Positions 51,990-64,000 of a stretch of 64,000 nt of DNA are shown piece by piece (positions within the stretch are counted from its first letter, which is position 1; each line of letters starts with the position of its first letter). The position numbers and the translations under genes are program-made. Source of the stretch: Octopus vulgaris (taxonomy: Eukaryota); the NCBI GenBank assembly GCA_951406725.2, contig OX597819.1, positions 97,030,001 to 97,094,000 of the forward strand, given 5' to 3'. The notes beneath the pieces were generated by a model. The model did not search any database. It saw nothing but the letters and a program-made list of their open reading frames with translations, and had not been told where the DNA came from.

Positions 51990-53320
51990 GTGAAAACATG
52001 GCAGTGTGGTTCAGAAGTTTGCTTTCCAGCATGGTTTTGGTTTCAGTCCCACTGCATGGTACCCTGAATATGTCTTTTTTATTATAGCATTGGGTCAATC
52101 AAAGCCTTATGAGTGGGTTTTGGCAAGGAAACTGAAAAAAGCCTTTTGTACCCGTTTATGTATGTATGTGTGTGTGTGTGTGTATGCATGCATGCATGTT
52201 TGCATATACAGGGTGCGGTGAATGAATTGTCATCTAAATTATGCAAAAGTGAAAATAACACTGACATCTCATTTTAACAGATATATTTACCAAAATTACA
52301 TAAAAATATCTTGAAATACTAAAGAGTAAATTTATTCGATAAAATCGCCATTGGCTTCAACCATGGCCTCCAGATGACTTCAGAATCTCCTGCAACTCTT
52401 CAGGACAGTCTCCTTGTTTAAGCTTGGTGAATGCTGCCATATCCTTGCCTTCAGTTCATCTTTGGTGTTACAAGGAGTTTTGTTGGTCTCTCACTCAACT
52501 GTGCCCCACACATAATAATCAAGGGGATTGTAGTCTGGGGAGTTAGGTGGCCAGATGTTAGGGAATATGTGGTCTGACAACCATAACTGGGTTCTCCTGC
52601 TTGTGTGGTATGGTGAAGAGTCTTGTTACCAGACATAGGGTCTTCCAGCGGTCATTCTCTTCACCTAGGGCAGCACTGCCTCCTCCAGGCACTTGATGTA
52701 GGCCTCTGTGGGAGGCCATGTGGGAAGGTGAATGGAGATACAACATCACCATCACTAGTGATCACTCCAAACACTCTGATGTTGACTGGATGTTTGATTT
52801 TTATCACTCTCGGTACATGTCATCAGATTGACACCTAAGCACTCTGAAATATTTGTATTGGAGCTTTCAGTATGAATGCCAAGCAGTACAACATGTCATT
52901 TCCAAATTTCTAGCAGAGTGAACTGCATCATGGTGCTGTTTTTCTCACAACTGACCCTACTATACTGTGTAGTCAACAAAATCAAAAGCAAACAACATGC
53001 AAAATTAGAATTATAAAATGGCGACAATTTACTCATCACACCCTCTGTCTGTCTGTGTGTGTGTGTGTGTCCGTGCGCGCGTGTGTGTGTGTGTGTCCGT
53101 GCGCGTGTGTGTGTGTGTGTGTCCATGTCTTTGTCTTGACATCATGCAATAGTTGTAAATGACCATCACTGTCATACAAGCAGTGAACCTTGATTCCATG
53201 AAAACATGTCTAGCCTTGCTCATAAACAGTGAAGGGTATCCAACCATAGATAATCAGCTTCAGCAATATCTGTATGGCTCATGCTGGCAGAGAACATGGA
53301 AGTTAAAACAGCAGCAGAGG
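51990..53320 (+). mobile_element. SINE family B split by a DNA transposon inserted in its microsatellite
   Basis: Head at about 51990-52200; the body and tail (tgtcttgacatcatgcaatagttgtaaatg...catgctggcagagaacatgg) resume after 53047. Confidence 0.78.
52209..53046 (-). mobile_element. Internally deleted Tc1/mariner-superfamily transposon, probably maT/DD37D-like
   Basis: TA|cagggtgcggtgaatgaattgtc left end and gacaatttactcatcacaccct right end. Minus peptides HPVNIRVFGVITSDGDVVSPFTFPHGL and WPPNSPDYNPLDYYVWGTVE...CRRF*SHLEAMVEANGDFIE*. Confidence 0.88.
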
Positions 53321-53867
53321 CAACAATGATGACAGTTACATGTCCAAGTTAAAGGCAAAGATAAGCAGCTTCAGTTCACAGAATCAGACTGGCTTTGTCT
53401 GCCTTGCAAATTACAACTAGAAGCAGGTTTCTGATTTATACCATGTGTGATAACTGAAATGCAACTATTTATTGCACGTTCAACTAAACAAAGCATCTGA
53501 CCACCAGATGACTACCTTCCAGAAGTTTGGTCCTGGGGTAGGAGGTGTACACATATCTTGTATGATACTGGCATTTGTTCATGCAGTAAGCATTTTGTGG
53601 CAAGGAACAGGAAGGAAACGCAAGATTTTCTTAGAGATTTTGCTTATGTGAACAATACTACATATGTACAGAGGTGCATATGAGGTTAGCACATATTTTT
53701 ACAATTAAGCAATAGTGAAGTGTAGTGTGTGTGTGTGTGCACATATATTTGTGTGTGTTGGTACTAAACAATGCTACTATAACTATAATGAGTCTCCACA
53801 CCACTACTAGGCCACCATAGGCCAACAATCAACCCTCCCTGTGTAGTAACAATCAACACACACTTAC

Positions 53868-54032
53868 CTTCTTAACATACAAAGCAGCATCTTCTTCCTT
53901 GTATACTTCAGCACTGACTCCCCCTCTCCTGGTTCGCTTTGGTATAGTGTGGTGAGGGGGAGTGGGTGACACTTCATCATCCCGGTCATCACTGGGGGGA
54001 GTAGAAGATTTACTCTTAACTTTGGCCTGCTC
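53868..54032 (-). CDS. PRKAR1: PKA type I regulatory subunit, linker/inhibitor-site exon (165 nt, 55 codons)
   Basis: Minus strand tttctgatttcag|GAGCAG...GTTAAGAAG|gtaagt. Translates [55 protein letters not shown], matching the RI linker with pseudosubstrate RRG(G/A)xSAEVY.EEDAA.YV.K. Confidence 0.97.
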
Positions 54033-54989
54033 CTGAAATCAGAAAAACATCAACATATTAATGGCTATGCTCCTCTTACACATTACACACACACACACAT
54101 ATACATAAACACATATATATACATAAACACATATATACACATCAATTTATATGTATAAACACATACACACACATCTAATGACATACAAAGTAAGTCAATA
54201 GCATTCCATCAATTTCTACAATGAAAGTATAAGATGATCAGACAAAAAGTTACAACATGTTGCCTTGTGGCACCAACTTTGACAATAATTCTATTTTCTG
54301 CTAATACATTGTCGTCATCATCATCCGACCGTTTTCCATGCTGTCATTGGTTGGACAGTTTGACAGAAGCTGCTAAGCTTTACTGTCTGTTTTGGCATGG
54401 TTTCTTCAACTTGATGTCCTCCTTCTTGCCAACCACTTCACAGAGCGTACTAGGTGCTTTTTATGTGGCACCAGGAGCAGTGAGGTCACAAAAATTTAAC
54501 ATATTTCAGATATACCAGCTGAAGATTACATCAAGGGTGCAAGATAATGTAGAATATTCAGTGACCTCTACAGAGAGTATTTAATGGCCAGTGATGGGAG
54601 AGAAAAGCAGTGAAGGATAATTTTTTAGGATCTGTGTGACTTATAAGAGGTACTGATATTCCAATAACTTTGAGTTTCTTGCCAGAGCAGCAAGGGTAAC
54701 ATTGCCTCCCCCACCACTCTGACCAATAAATACTTTACATAGAAGTCACTGAATATTCCACAGATTTTTGTACTCTTAATGTAATCCTTAGGTTGGATAC
54801 AGTGTGACACAATGTGTAACAATGCTACACCTTTTCAATTATAGGCAGCAATTCTTGTCAACTCAATTTCACAAAAAGGCTAGAGAAAGAAAGACACGTC
54901 TAAACTGTCATTCAGTGAGATTAAAATAGAGATTTGATGATTGTGAAGCAAACTTCTTAATCATGCAGCCATGTACAAACATCTACATA

Positions 54990-55295
54990 CATCATCATCA
55001 TTTAACGTCCGTTTTCCATGCTAGCATGGGGTGGACGGTTTGACTGGGGTCTGGGAAGCCAGGAGGCTGCACCAGGTTCCAGTCTGATCTGGCAGTGTTT
55101 CTACAGCTGGATGCCCTTCCTAACACCAACCACTCCGTGAGTGTAGTGGGTGCTTTTTATGTGCCACCGGCACAGGTGCCAGGGGAGACTAGCAACGGCC
55201 ATGATCGGTTGGTGTTTTTTACGTGCCACTGGCACGGAAGCCAGTCAAGGTGGTGCTGGCATCGGCCATGTACGGATGGTGCTTTTTATGTGCAG
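54990..55295 (-). mobile_element. 3' end of the RTE LINE, young copy
   Basis: catcatcatcatttaacgtccgttttccatgctagcatggg...ggatgcccttcctaacaccaaccactcc, with CpGs retained. Confidence 0.87.
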
Positions 55296-56272
55296 GGTCA
55301 ATAAAATAAATACCAGTTAAACACTGGGGTTGACGAATAACACCACCAGAACTCAGCTAATATGTATTTTATGACCCTGAAAGGATGAAAGGTAAAGTCA
55401 CACAAACAGATGACGACCAGAAATATCAACGTTACAATTTTGTAGGCTTTGAAGATGACTAAAGGGGGGGGAAATAGCAAACTTTTACTTTATCAGTTTT
55501 TGATAAATAAAAAATAAAATTCAGACATCATGTTTTAAAAATGTACAGAAAATATGATGTTGAATGTTAAAAAAAAAAAAATTATATATGACACCATTCA
55601 AATTCATTACAATATGAATGTTGTGTTCTTTGAATATTTTGAATGTTTTCCCAAAATTCTTTTTCTTCCATCTTTATTTCTATAATATTCTATTACATCA
55701 TTAGATTATATAAAATTCAGATTTCATAACAGAAACTCAGAATATGAATGTTTCCAAAGGCAACAAATATAACATAATGTAGACTTCAAACTGGACGTAT
55801 CAAGTAATTGGTGCATAAACAATATCAGGTAGAAGGAGTGAAAGACATGGTTTCAAGAAAAAGAATAGAATGAGAACTTGACCCTTGTTACCATATGGAT
55901 CCTGGTCGAGAATCACTACTGTAGGGTCATTCCACTCATAATACACCTATTGTTTCTATGAAACCACTGGACTTACCCTGTAATTTGGGTAACAATGACG
56001 GTCAGTAGGGTGCTAGTCTGTTTTCCAACTTTGTCTTATTACTGAATTTAACACTATATATTTAGCTAACCACTGACCACAGCCAGTCACTTAATCAACA
56101 GATGTACTGACCAAATAGTACAAACTTAACTGGACTATTATAGTACTGAATTTAATACCAAATATTTTGTTGACCACAACCTGTCACAAGCTCAAACAAT
56201 ATATTTCACAATAATGTTTAGATATACTGACCAACTGGACTGGCACTATTACAGTCCATTGTTAGCAGGTAT

Positions 56273-56787
56273 TTAACCTTTTGTTACTATATTTCTGTTG
56301 AAATACACTACCTTAATTTCAATTAATTTTGAAAGTAACAAGGAATTAGGTAAAATTTAGCAGTATCGCCTGGCGTTGCTTGGGTTTGTAAGGGAAATAA
56401 CTATATAAGCATTTTTAGAGAGTTATAGCCAAAAAATAGCAAAGAAATGCATTAAAAATGGAAAAAAAGTTATGGTAAATTTTTTTTTAAAATCGTAGAC
56501 TCATCGTAGACGCGCGCTAATACCCAGAAGGGCTCGATATGAATCACGACTATAAGATACCCGGTTTTGGTTAAACTGCACTGCAAAATGTGGGAGTAGT
56601 TAGGAATCTAAATTGCAGGAGACAGACACACAACTTCACTTTTATACATAAAGATTTGTCATTTTTAAGCATGTGTTTGAAACATAAATTAGTGTGAAAT
56701 TTTGATGAGAATTTTTAGATCACTTTGAAATGAGTTTGTATCATAGAACCAGGAGCAATCTCTGAATGGTTGGTTTCAAAGGGTTAA
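56273..56787. mobile_element. TTAA-flanked MITE interrupted by a Helitron-like element
   Basis: ttaaccttttgttactatatttctgttga ... ggtttcaaagggttaa; reverse complement of 21773-22002 once 56357-56654 is removed. Confidence 0.75.
56357..56654 (-). mobile_element. Non-autonomous Helitron-like element, about 300 bp
   Basis: Minus strand starts a|TCtttatgtataaaagtg, then a short gtgtctgtct tract. It ends in a decayed GC-rich hairpin cccaagcaacgccaggc followed by ...ctgCTA(A). No TSD; CpG-rich. Confidence 0.72.
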
Positions 56788-58444
56788 ATCTTTTTATTTA
56801 GAAAATGACAACAAACTATTGTGGACACTATTAAACTTCAATGATGGACCTAGTTTATGTGTCCATAATAACAATGTATGTTTCTGTGTAGCAACATAAA
56901 ATAAAGTGTTTTGAACAAATAATGGACACAAAGACATGTATCAATATGGTTAAATCATTTATCTGGGGATAAACTGATAATGATCAGTGTTGGGAATAAT
57001 TAATACATTTAAGAGATTGTAGATGTGCTTCGTAAGTTTGTGTCAGGAAGGAGAGAATCTAATGTTAACAACTTTTGTCTTCATCTAACAGTCATAAAGC
57101 TCTGCAATATATTGTTCAAAGGTAAAACAAATTGTTAGTGGTTGACCATTTCTACAAATAATTCCAGAAATTTATGAGACCTCTAATCATCCATTACTCT
57201 GACCATTTCTCAGTATGTGGTGCTCTCTCACAAAATGACTCTAATGGGATTCACAAGTACAAATAAAAAAAAATTACATCTTCAACCAGAGAATCCCTTC
57301 TCTGTGATGTATGAATGGGCACCTCAGATTTCTTTGATTCTACTTTTGGTTTTACTTTCCTTTCACTCTATACTCCCTTCCCAATGTTCACTTCCATGGC
57401 CCTCTTTCGCTTCACAGTTGTCCTAAATCCATTTTGTTTATATTTGTGGATGTATATGTAGAGTGTTAACTCCTGTGTATTCATGTTTGCATATGTGTCT
57501 GACAGGAGATAGCTTTCTGTATATACACGACTTACACTACTAACCTACATTCTATTCTGCATGCTAACTTTAGCTATTGTCCTTTTCCCACCCATTTCTT
57601 TTACAAGATACTGTATTAAACAATTTGCAGTCATTGTAAATTCTAGATGCAAGCTCTTTCTCCCTGTCATCCCATTCATCAAGACTGCCAACAAATATTT
57701 TGTTTGCATATGTGTTTGTATTTCTGTATGAATGTGAGTGTGTGTGTGTGTACATATGTGATATATATATATATATATACATGTGTGTGTATTTACGAAG
57801 TAGCTCATCTATATTCATGTAAAATCTATACTGTTATGCTTCATTTGACCCTCTTGGCCATGATTTGGCTCTCTCAAACTCCCTCCCACCTCATTCTTTA
57901 TTTTCCTGCTCACCTCACACCACTTCTCACGGGTCAATACTCCCTCACTTCATACATCTCTCATTCACTTTATTCCATTCTTCATCACTTGTTAGCCTTC
58001 AACCAAAATGAGAATACTTCTTTTCTCTTTCCCTCCCTCTGATGCAGAGCAAGACCACAAAATGTTACATTCTTCATTCCTCATGGCAATTGAACTTATC
58101 AAATTCTGCTATGATGTATCATTGTGAATGTATGCTACATACACACACACAAAAATACATGCGTGCGTGCACATATATACAAGCACATGCACACACGAGA
58201 AACCTTTCAGTGAACAGATGTTATATCCACATGGAAGAACATCGTTATTGAATCCACTTTAGAATGGTTTTCATAAGATGTTTCTTTGTCAATGATATTT
58301 CTTTATCATTTACATTATAAAATGTAAGAAATAAGTATGATTATATTCAGGGCATGTATGTCCCACCACTTAAACACACACATGGTGTGCATATGTGAGT
58401 GTCTGATAGACAACATGTATGTGTGTATATATATGTGTGTGTGT

Positions 58445-58483
<39 letters not shown>

Positions 58484-59264
58484 TACATACATACACACAT
58501 GCACACTCACCAAGGAAGTATTACTCTCTCCTTTCTAAATAAGTGAATAATTGGCTATCACACAATTACACAGCAATTATGTTACCATGAAGTGAACTAA
58601 GATTCTTCAGCACATAAGCTGTAAATTAGTGTGAAAGACAATTACACTTTGGTAATTACCAACGATACTAATCAGCTCAGTTCAATAAAGTCAATGTCAC
58701 AATGACAAGCATTTACTTAACTTTCGATGCTGAGCAGCAGGTTAGAAATGAAGTGCTTAGCAACAATAACACAACCAGTTCAGAATATACAATAGTAACA
58801 TACTTTTCAAGTGGATATGTATTAGACTACTTGTTATAAGCAAATGTTATCAATTCTATTGCATTAATTAGAAAGTGACATACAACAATCGATTCATAAA
58901 ATTTTGTTCCAAAAATTACTGAAAGTATTACAATTTTTAGAACCCTTCATGCTGAATGACCGATTCAGTTAGAATTGTGATGATGAAGTATTAACTGAAA
59001 TATTAAAACAACAATTATTCACACATTCTAAAGCAACCAATAGAAACACTATGTACAAGTGTTAAGACTGTCACTAGGAGTCATCATATCTAAATATTTA
59101 GATATCTTCAAGGGTCATTATTGATAAGTATTCAGACAGTCAGCAGGAGTTCATATGTGCAAGTGTCTATACAGTCTCCAGCAGTCATTATGTACAAGAA
59201 TTAAGAATGTCTCCAGAAGTATTCAATGCTCAAGTGTTAAAACTATTTTCAGGGGTCATTATGT

Positions 59265-59686
59265 ACATGGCTCTGTGGTAAGAAGTTTGCTTCCCAACCA
59301 TATGGCTCTGGGTTCAAACCCACTTTGTGAGACCTTGAGCAAGTGTCTTCTTTTATAGTCCAGAGCCAACCAAAGCCTTTTGAATGGATTTGGTACACAG
59401 GAACTGAAAGAAGCCCAACATGTGTATGTATGTATATACACACACACACACACACATGTATATGTATGTTACTGTCTCCTTGTCTTGACATTGCACGATA
59501 GTTGGAAACAAATGTCTCCATCATACAAGCAGTGACCTTTGTTGCTAATTTTCTGTGTAAAACATGTCCAACCATGGAGAAATTGTCGTTTACTTGAAAA
59601 CGAACGAGGGTTAGTGACAGGGAGGATACATGTGTGACAGGGAGGATACATGTGTGTGTATATATATATATGTGTGTGTATATATA

Positions 59687-59720
<34 letters not shown>

Positions 59721-59895
59721 CACATACATACACACATGCACACTCACCAAGGAAGTATTACCCTCTCCTTTCTAAATAAGAGAATAATTGGCTATCACAC
59801 AATTACACAGGGAGGATATCCAGCTGTGAAAGCCTACCACAACAGAATTCTGTCCAACTCATGCAGGCATGGAAAAGTGAACATTAGAATGATGA
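59265..59895 (+). mobile_element. SINE family B (RTE-tail variant) carrying a templated insertion
   Basis: catggctctgtggtaagaagtttgcttcccaacc head; the tail is interrupted at about 59630-59810. Confidence 0.82.
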
Positions 59896-60744
59896 TTACA
59901 ATGATGTTTACCTAGGGCTCACAATAAACAAGTGCTAAGTCAGCTTCCAGGTATCATTATGTAGGAGTTGTAAAATTTGTTTCTAGGAGTCATACATGAA
60001 GGTAATCTCTCAGAAATAGCATATTCCATTATAATCGTTTTTTTCTTTTTCTTTTTTTTACTATACTTGTATAGAAAGGCTAAAAGTTGTTTCTGAGCCG
60101 ACAAGAAAGCAGGCGACATTACATAATAAAGTGGAGCCTATATAAAATGCTCTGTCAATCTTTTAATGATCTTATAAAATGTGTTTAAATTCATCAGAGA
60201 ACACATTATATATTGATAACTTGTGTGATATTGGCAAACTTGTAAAAAGCAGATCATGGAAATGATAGATGGACATAAAAGAGGTCAGTGGTGAAATATC
60301 AGTTAGTGACCATATAATTGGTGCGGAGAACGAACTTTTGAAGTAGGCTAACCATCAACCTGATATTCCACTCATACTGACAGTGCAAAACAATGAACTG
60401 AATTATTTTCCAAACATCAAAAACTGCAATAATGACTCACTTCAAGTGCAGAAGAGGTTTTGTTGCTTAGGCAACCAACCAGCACTGGTGCTTAAGTTAT
60501 CTGCAGTAGCAATGAAGTAATTGAACTGAAATCATCATCATCATCATCATCATCAGTATAATGATGATGATGGCAGCACTATTGGTAGCAGGTGGTGATA
60601 ATGATAAAATTTTCTATGCACACAAGCTGAAGTTGTATGATTTGATAACATTTAAACTTTAGTTTATATTTTCTCTTTATATCTGGAGAAATTCCACCAG
60701 ATTCTCACTGTACCATTTGTTATTTGGTTGGGGAAGATATAGAT

Positions 60745-61175
60745 GACTACCACATGGTAAACTAACCTACTACAGCTATACCACTGAGTTTAAAATAACC
60801 CATCACAACTATAACACTTAGCTGAAGTAACCTATAACAGCTACCAAAGAAAGGGAAGTTAACAAGTCTACCAGAATTTATTCCACAGTACTGCTATACA
60901 AGTGGTAATTAAGTTACCATAGATATACACAGAGATAACTAATATATCAGAGCTGTACCACAATGGTGACTAACTAGCCTAACATACATAAGCTGGTATT
61001 TAGAGATAACTAACCTTGCAAAATTATACCACAGGAGGAACTAATATACCACAAGAGTATCTAAATTGCCACAACTACACTATAGGCTTAATTACAATAC
61101 TATAGAGTGATACAGTTATATTAGAGTTAACAAATCAGAGTAGCATCATGTAGATAATTAACCTAACATAATTAT
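60745..61175. repeat. Highly degenerate ~31-bp minisatellite
   Basis: Recurring gtaactaacctaccacagctataccac. Confidence 0.65.
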
Positions 61176-61570
61176 AGGAGTATTGCTATGTAATTTAGAA
61201 GCTTGCTTCCCAACTATCTTGGATTTGGTCCTATTGCATGGTACCTTAAGCAAGAGTCTTTTACTACAGCACCAAGCTGACTAAAGTTTTGTGAGTGGAT
61301 TTGGTAGATGGAAACTGAAAGAAGCCTATTACGTGTGTATTTGTGTGTGTGTCATCATGTGATGATTATAAATGATGATCATCATATAAGAGAGGCTGTT
61401 TATTTCCAGTCTTCTGTGAGAAATATGTCTGGCTGCGGGTAAATATTATTTTGCTTGGAAATAGTTGAGGGTTAGCAACAGGAAGGGCATCTGGTTGTAG
61501 AAAATCTGCCACAATAAATTCTGTCTGAGCCATGCAAGTATGGGAAAGTAGACATTAAATGATGATGACT
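61175..61570 (+). mobile_element. SINE family B (RTE-tail variant)
   Basis: agaagcttgcttcccaac...gtgagtggatttggtagatggaaactgaaagaagcc...ggaagggcatctgg...gacattaaatgatgatga. Confidence 0.82.
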
Positions 61571-61920
61571 TATCCCACAGAATTGGGAAATGAGACAGCA
61601 CTGAATTTAAAAAAAGGACAACAAACATGGTAGGTTAGTGCATTGTTAGAGGTCAGGGTAGTGTACAGAAGCTATTGTAGCTGGAGTAAAATAGGTAAAA
61701 GAATATGTCTATGAGTGAGTGGTTATTGTATACTGTTCATCAGAAATGAAATAGCTCCTGACCCCGAGGAAGAAGCCAAGGTGTTGAGTTGTAGTTTAGT
61801 CAATCTTCTAAAAGTGCAGTCACAATAGATCATTTCAAGTGACTATTGTACATCAGAACAAACCAATAAGTAGGGTCTATGCATGACTTGCTGAAAATAA
61901 TTAAATCACCCTCAAATCAA

Positions 61921-62344
61921 ACCCAGCCATTTATGAAAAAAAAAGAATAACACATGGAACAATATAGTCCCTGATATACAAAAAGACAAAATGGTAACAG
62001 CTGGAAAACTTTTGATCATAGGTTTGATCCATGGGTGGGGGGGTGGGGCACAACAGCAACAGTCGAATAAGGCAATCAAAGGCAAACTGCAGCGTATAGC
62101 CCCATTTTAATGGCATTTCAATGAAAAATTTTCTTGAATTTTCTTTAGTTGTACAGCTTGCCTAATGATGAACCATGTTTCATGCAGCCCAATTCTCAAA
62201 AAAAGTTGCCTTTGATTGCCTTATACGATTGTTGCTGCATGATCAAAAGTTTTCCAGCTGTTACCATTTTGTCTTTTTGTATATCAGAGACTATATTGTT
62301 CCATGTGTTATTCTTTCTTTTTTTTTTTTCATAAATGGCTGGGT
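61921..62344. repeat. Long inverted duplication (~100-bp outer arms plus ~35-bp inner arms)
   Basis: 61921-62019 is the near-exact reverse complement of 62239-62344, and 62055-62089 pairs with about 62204-62237. Confidence 0.95.
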
Positions 62345-62630
62345 AGAATACCTTTGATGTGTAGCTTTTTGTATAGATATGTCTTAGTCACACATCTAAT
62401 ATTACATAGTATCAATAAGTCAGTGATTACAATTATTAATATAGAATATTGTGGGAAATGAGGATGTGATCTCTGGGCCTCTGCCCACTCATTGACCTCA
62501 TGGGCACACAAATACATACCACATAAATTCACATAAACACAGAGACATTATGTCTGTAGTATAAGCCAAACTATAGCTTATAGGGAAATTAAAATTATAA
62601 AAGAGAATACAAATACAAATGTTACGTATG

Positions 62631-62664
<34 letters not shown>

Positions 62665-64000
62665 GCACACATGTATACAATTATATGACATGTTATACAT
62701 ACACAGATATATCAAGGTGTGTGCGCACATGCGCAAGCGTATCTCTATATACAAGAGTTGAGCACATGCTAACTATAAAACGTGTACAGAAATACTGTGT
62801 TAAATGAATGATCGATTGATAAGTTGCGGATAGTGTGTATATAGAAATGATATAGATTCTCTTCACGACAGACTGGGAAAATTACAAAACCTGTTTTAGC
62901 ATTATGAGGCTTAAGTGCATTCTGAAAAAGCTTTTGTGTTGTTTAGGGGGTGGGGCATGGGCTGTTGAGTTCTAGGAGTTTACTGATTAGTAAGGGACGG
63001 TGAGGGTATGTGTGTGCTAACATGCTTACAAGTTGTCACTTGCATACGTCAACAAATGTATTTTGATATAAACAGACATTATAGTACATGTATGTATACA
63101 AGAGAATGAAGCTTGTGTATATACTGGTGGAAGCTTGTGTATATGCTGGTGTGTATATTGTGTGTATATGTATTGGCTGGTTGACATGTTATGTAGAACC
63201 AGCTGGACAAATAACAAAAATGGTGAAAGTCACAGTAATATGGCTCGCCATTATATAAACCATTACAATCATCAGTAATTCTATCAAAACCAGCACCAAC
63301 ACTACTACTACCACTACTACTATCATCATCACCATTTCCTCGACTAGCATCATTATTTCCACCACTACCACCACCACCATCATCATCATCACTACCATTT
63401 GCAACAACAGCCTCTAAGTGCCCAGTTGACCGGCAAGATATAGTAGCCAAATCTATCACAAATTACATCCTACAAAATTAAAAAGGGAAGGACACAGTGG
63501 GATAATGTACACCCACAGATCACTACAAAGATGTGATGACCATAGCTTTAAATATATTTGAGCATAGGTCTGTTTGATGAGGGCTGACCAGAGGTTAAAC
63601 GACAATAGTGAAATCACTAATAATACAGTCATAGTATTCCAAAAGGGACTATGACCTATCCCAATTAAACGACAACCACTGCTATTATTGATGGCAAGAA
63701 AGTCAATGAAGCCAAGTGGAGAGGGAGAAGGGGAGATTCCAGATAAAAAAAAATAACTGTTGTATGTATATGTTTGTTATGTATATGAGCAGTGTATGTG
63801 TGTGTGTGTGTGTGTGTGTGCGTGTGTTTGCGTTAGGAAGTGAGAGAGAGAGTGTGTGAAGCAGCACAAAGAAGTTATTTACATATACACCAACACAGCA
63901 AAAAGTGAAGTAGTAAACTGTGTGTGTGTGTGTTGTGGCAGGTGAGAGAGAGAGAGAATGAGTAGCGTGTATGTGTGTTGTGGAGAGAAAATGCGTGTAA

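Noticed and set aside
54033-64000. Searched for the RI dimerisation/docking exon here, and for the next cAMP-domain exon in 1-7733
   Set aside because: No matching peptide found by eye, so both probably lie outside the window. A very short exon could have been missed.

Overview
AT-rich, microsatellite- and SINE-dense animal genomic DNA; the SINE families and the protein sequence point to an octopus (inference). The whole window lies inside one minus-strand gene for the type I regulatory subunit of cAMP-dependent protein kinase (PKA-RI). Three coding exons were found by hand, none of them in the ORF track: 54032-53868 (165 nt, linker plus RRGG pseudosubstrate), 21436-21345 (92 nt) and 7795-7734 (62 nt). 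They have GT-AG ends, compatible phases and introns of 32,431 and 13,549 bp. I found no other exons of this gene in the window. The introns hold three tRNA-derived SINE families, RTE LINE remnants, two internally deleted Tc1/mariner elements, TTAA-flanked MITEs, a Helitron-like element, minisatellites and several long palindromes. Almost every listed ORF is microsatellite or repeat noise. The best leads are a CRE plus CRE-C/EBP composite site in a repeat-poor stretch of the large intron, a decayed hammerhead ribozyme with a long helix II, a 21-bp no-indel repeat readable as a CxxxCxxC peptide, and a recent local inverted duplication. All are hypotheses; no new biological system can be demonstrated from this sequence alone.
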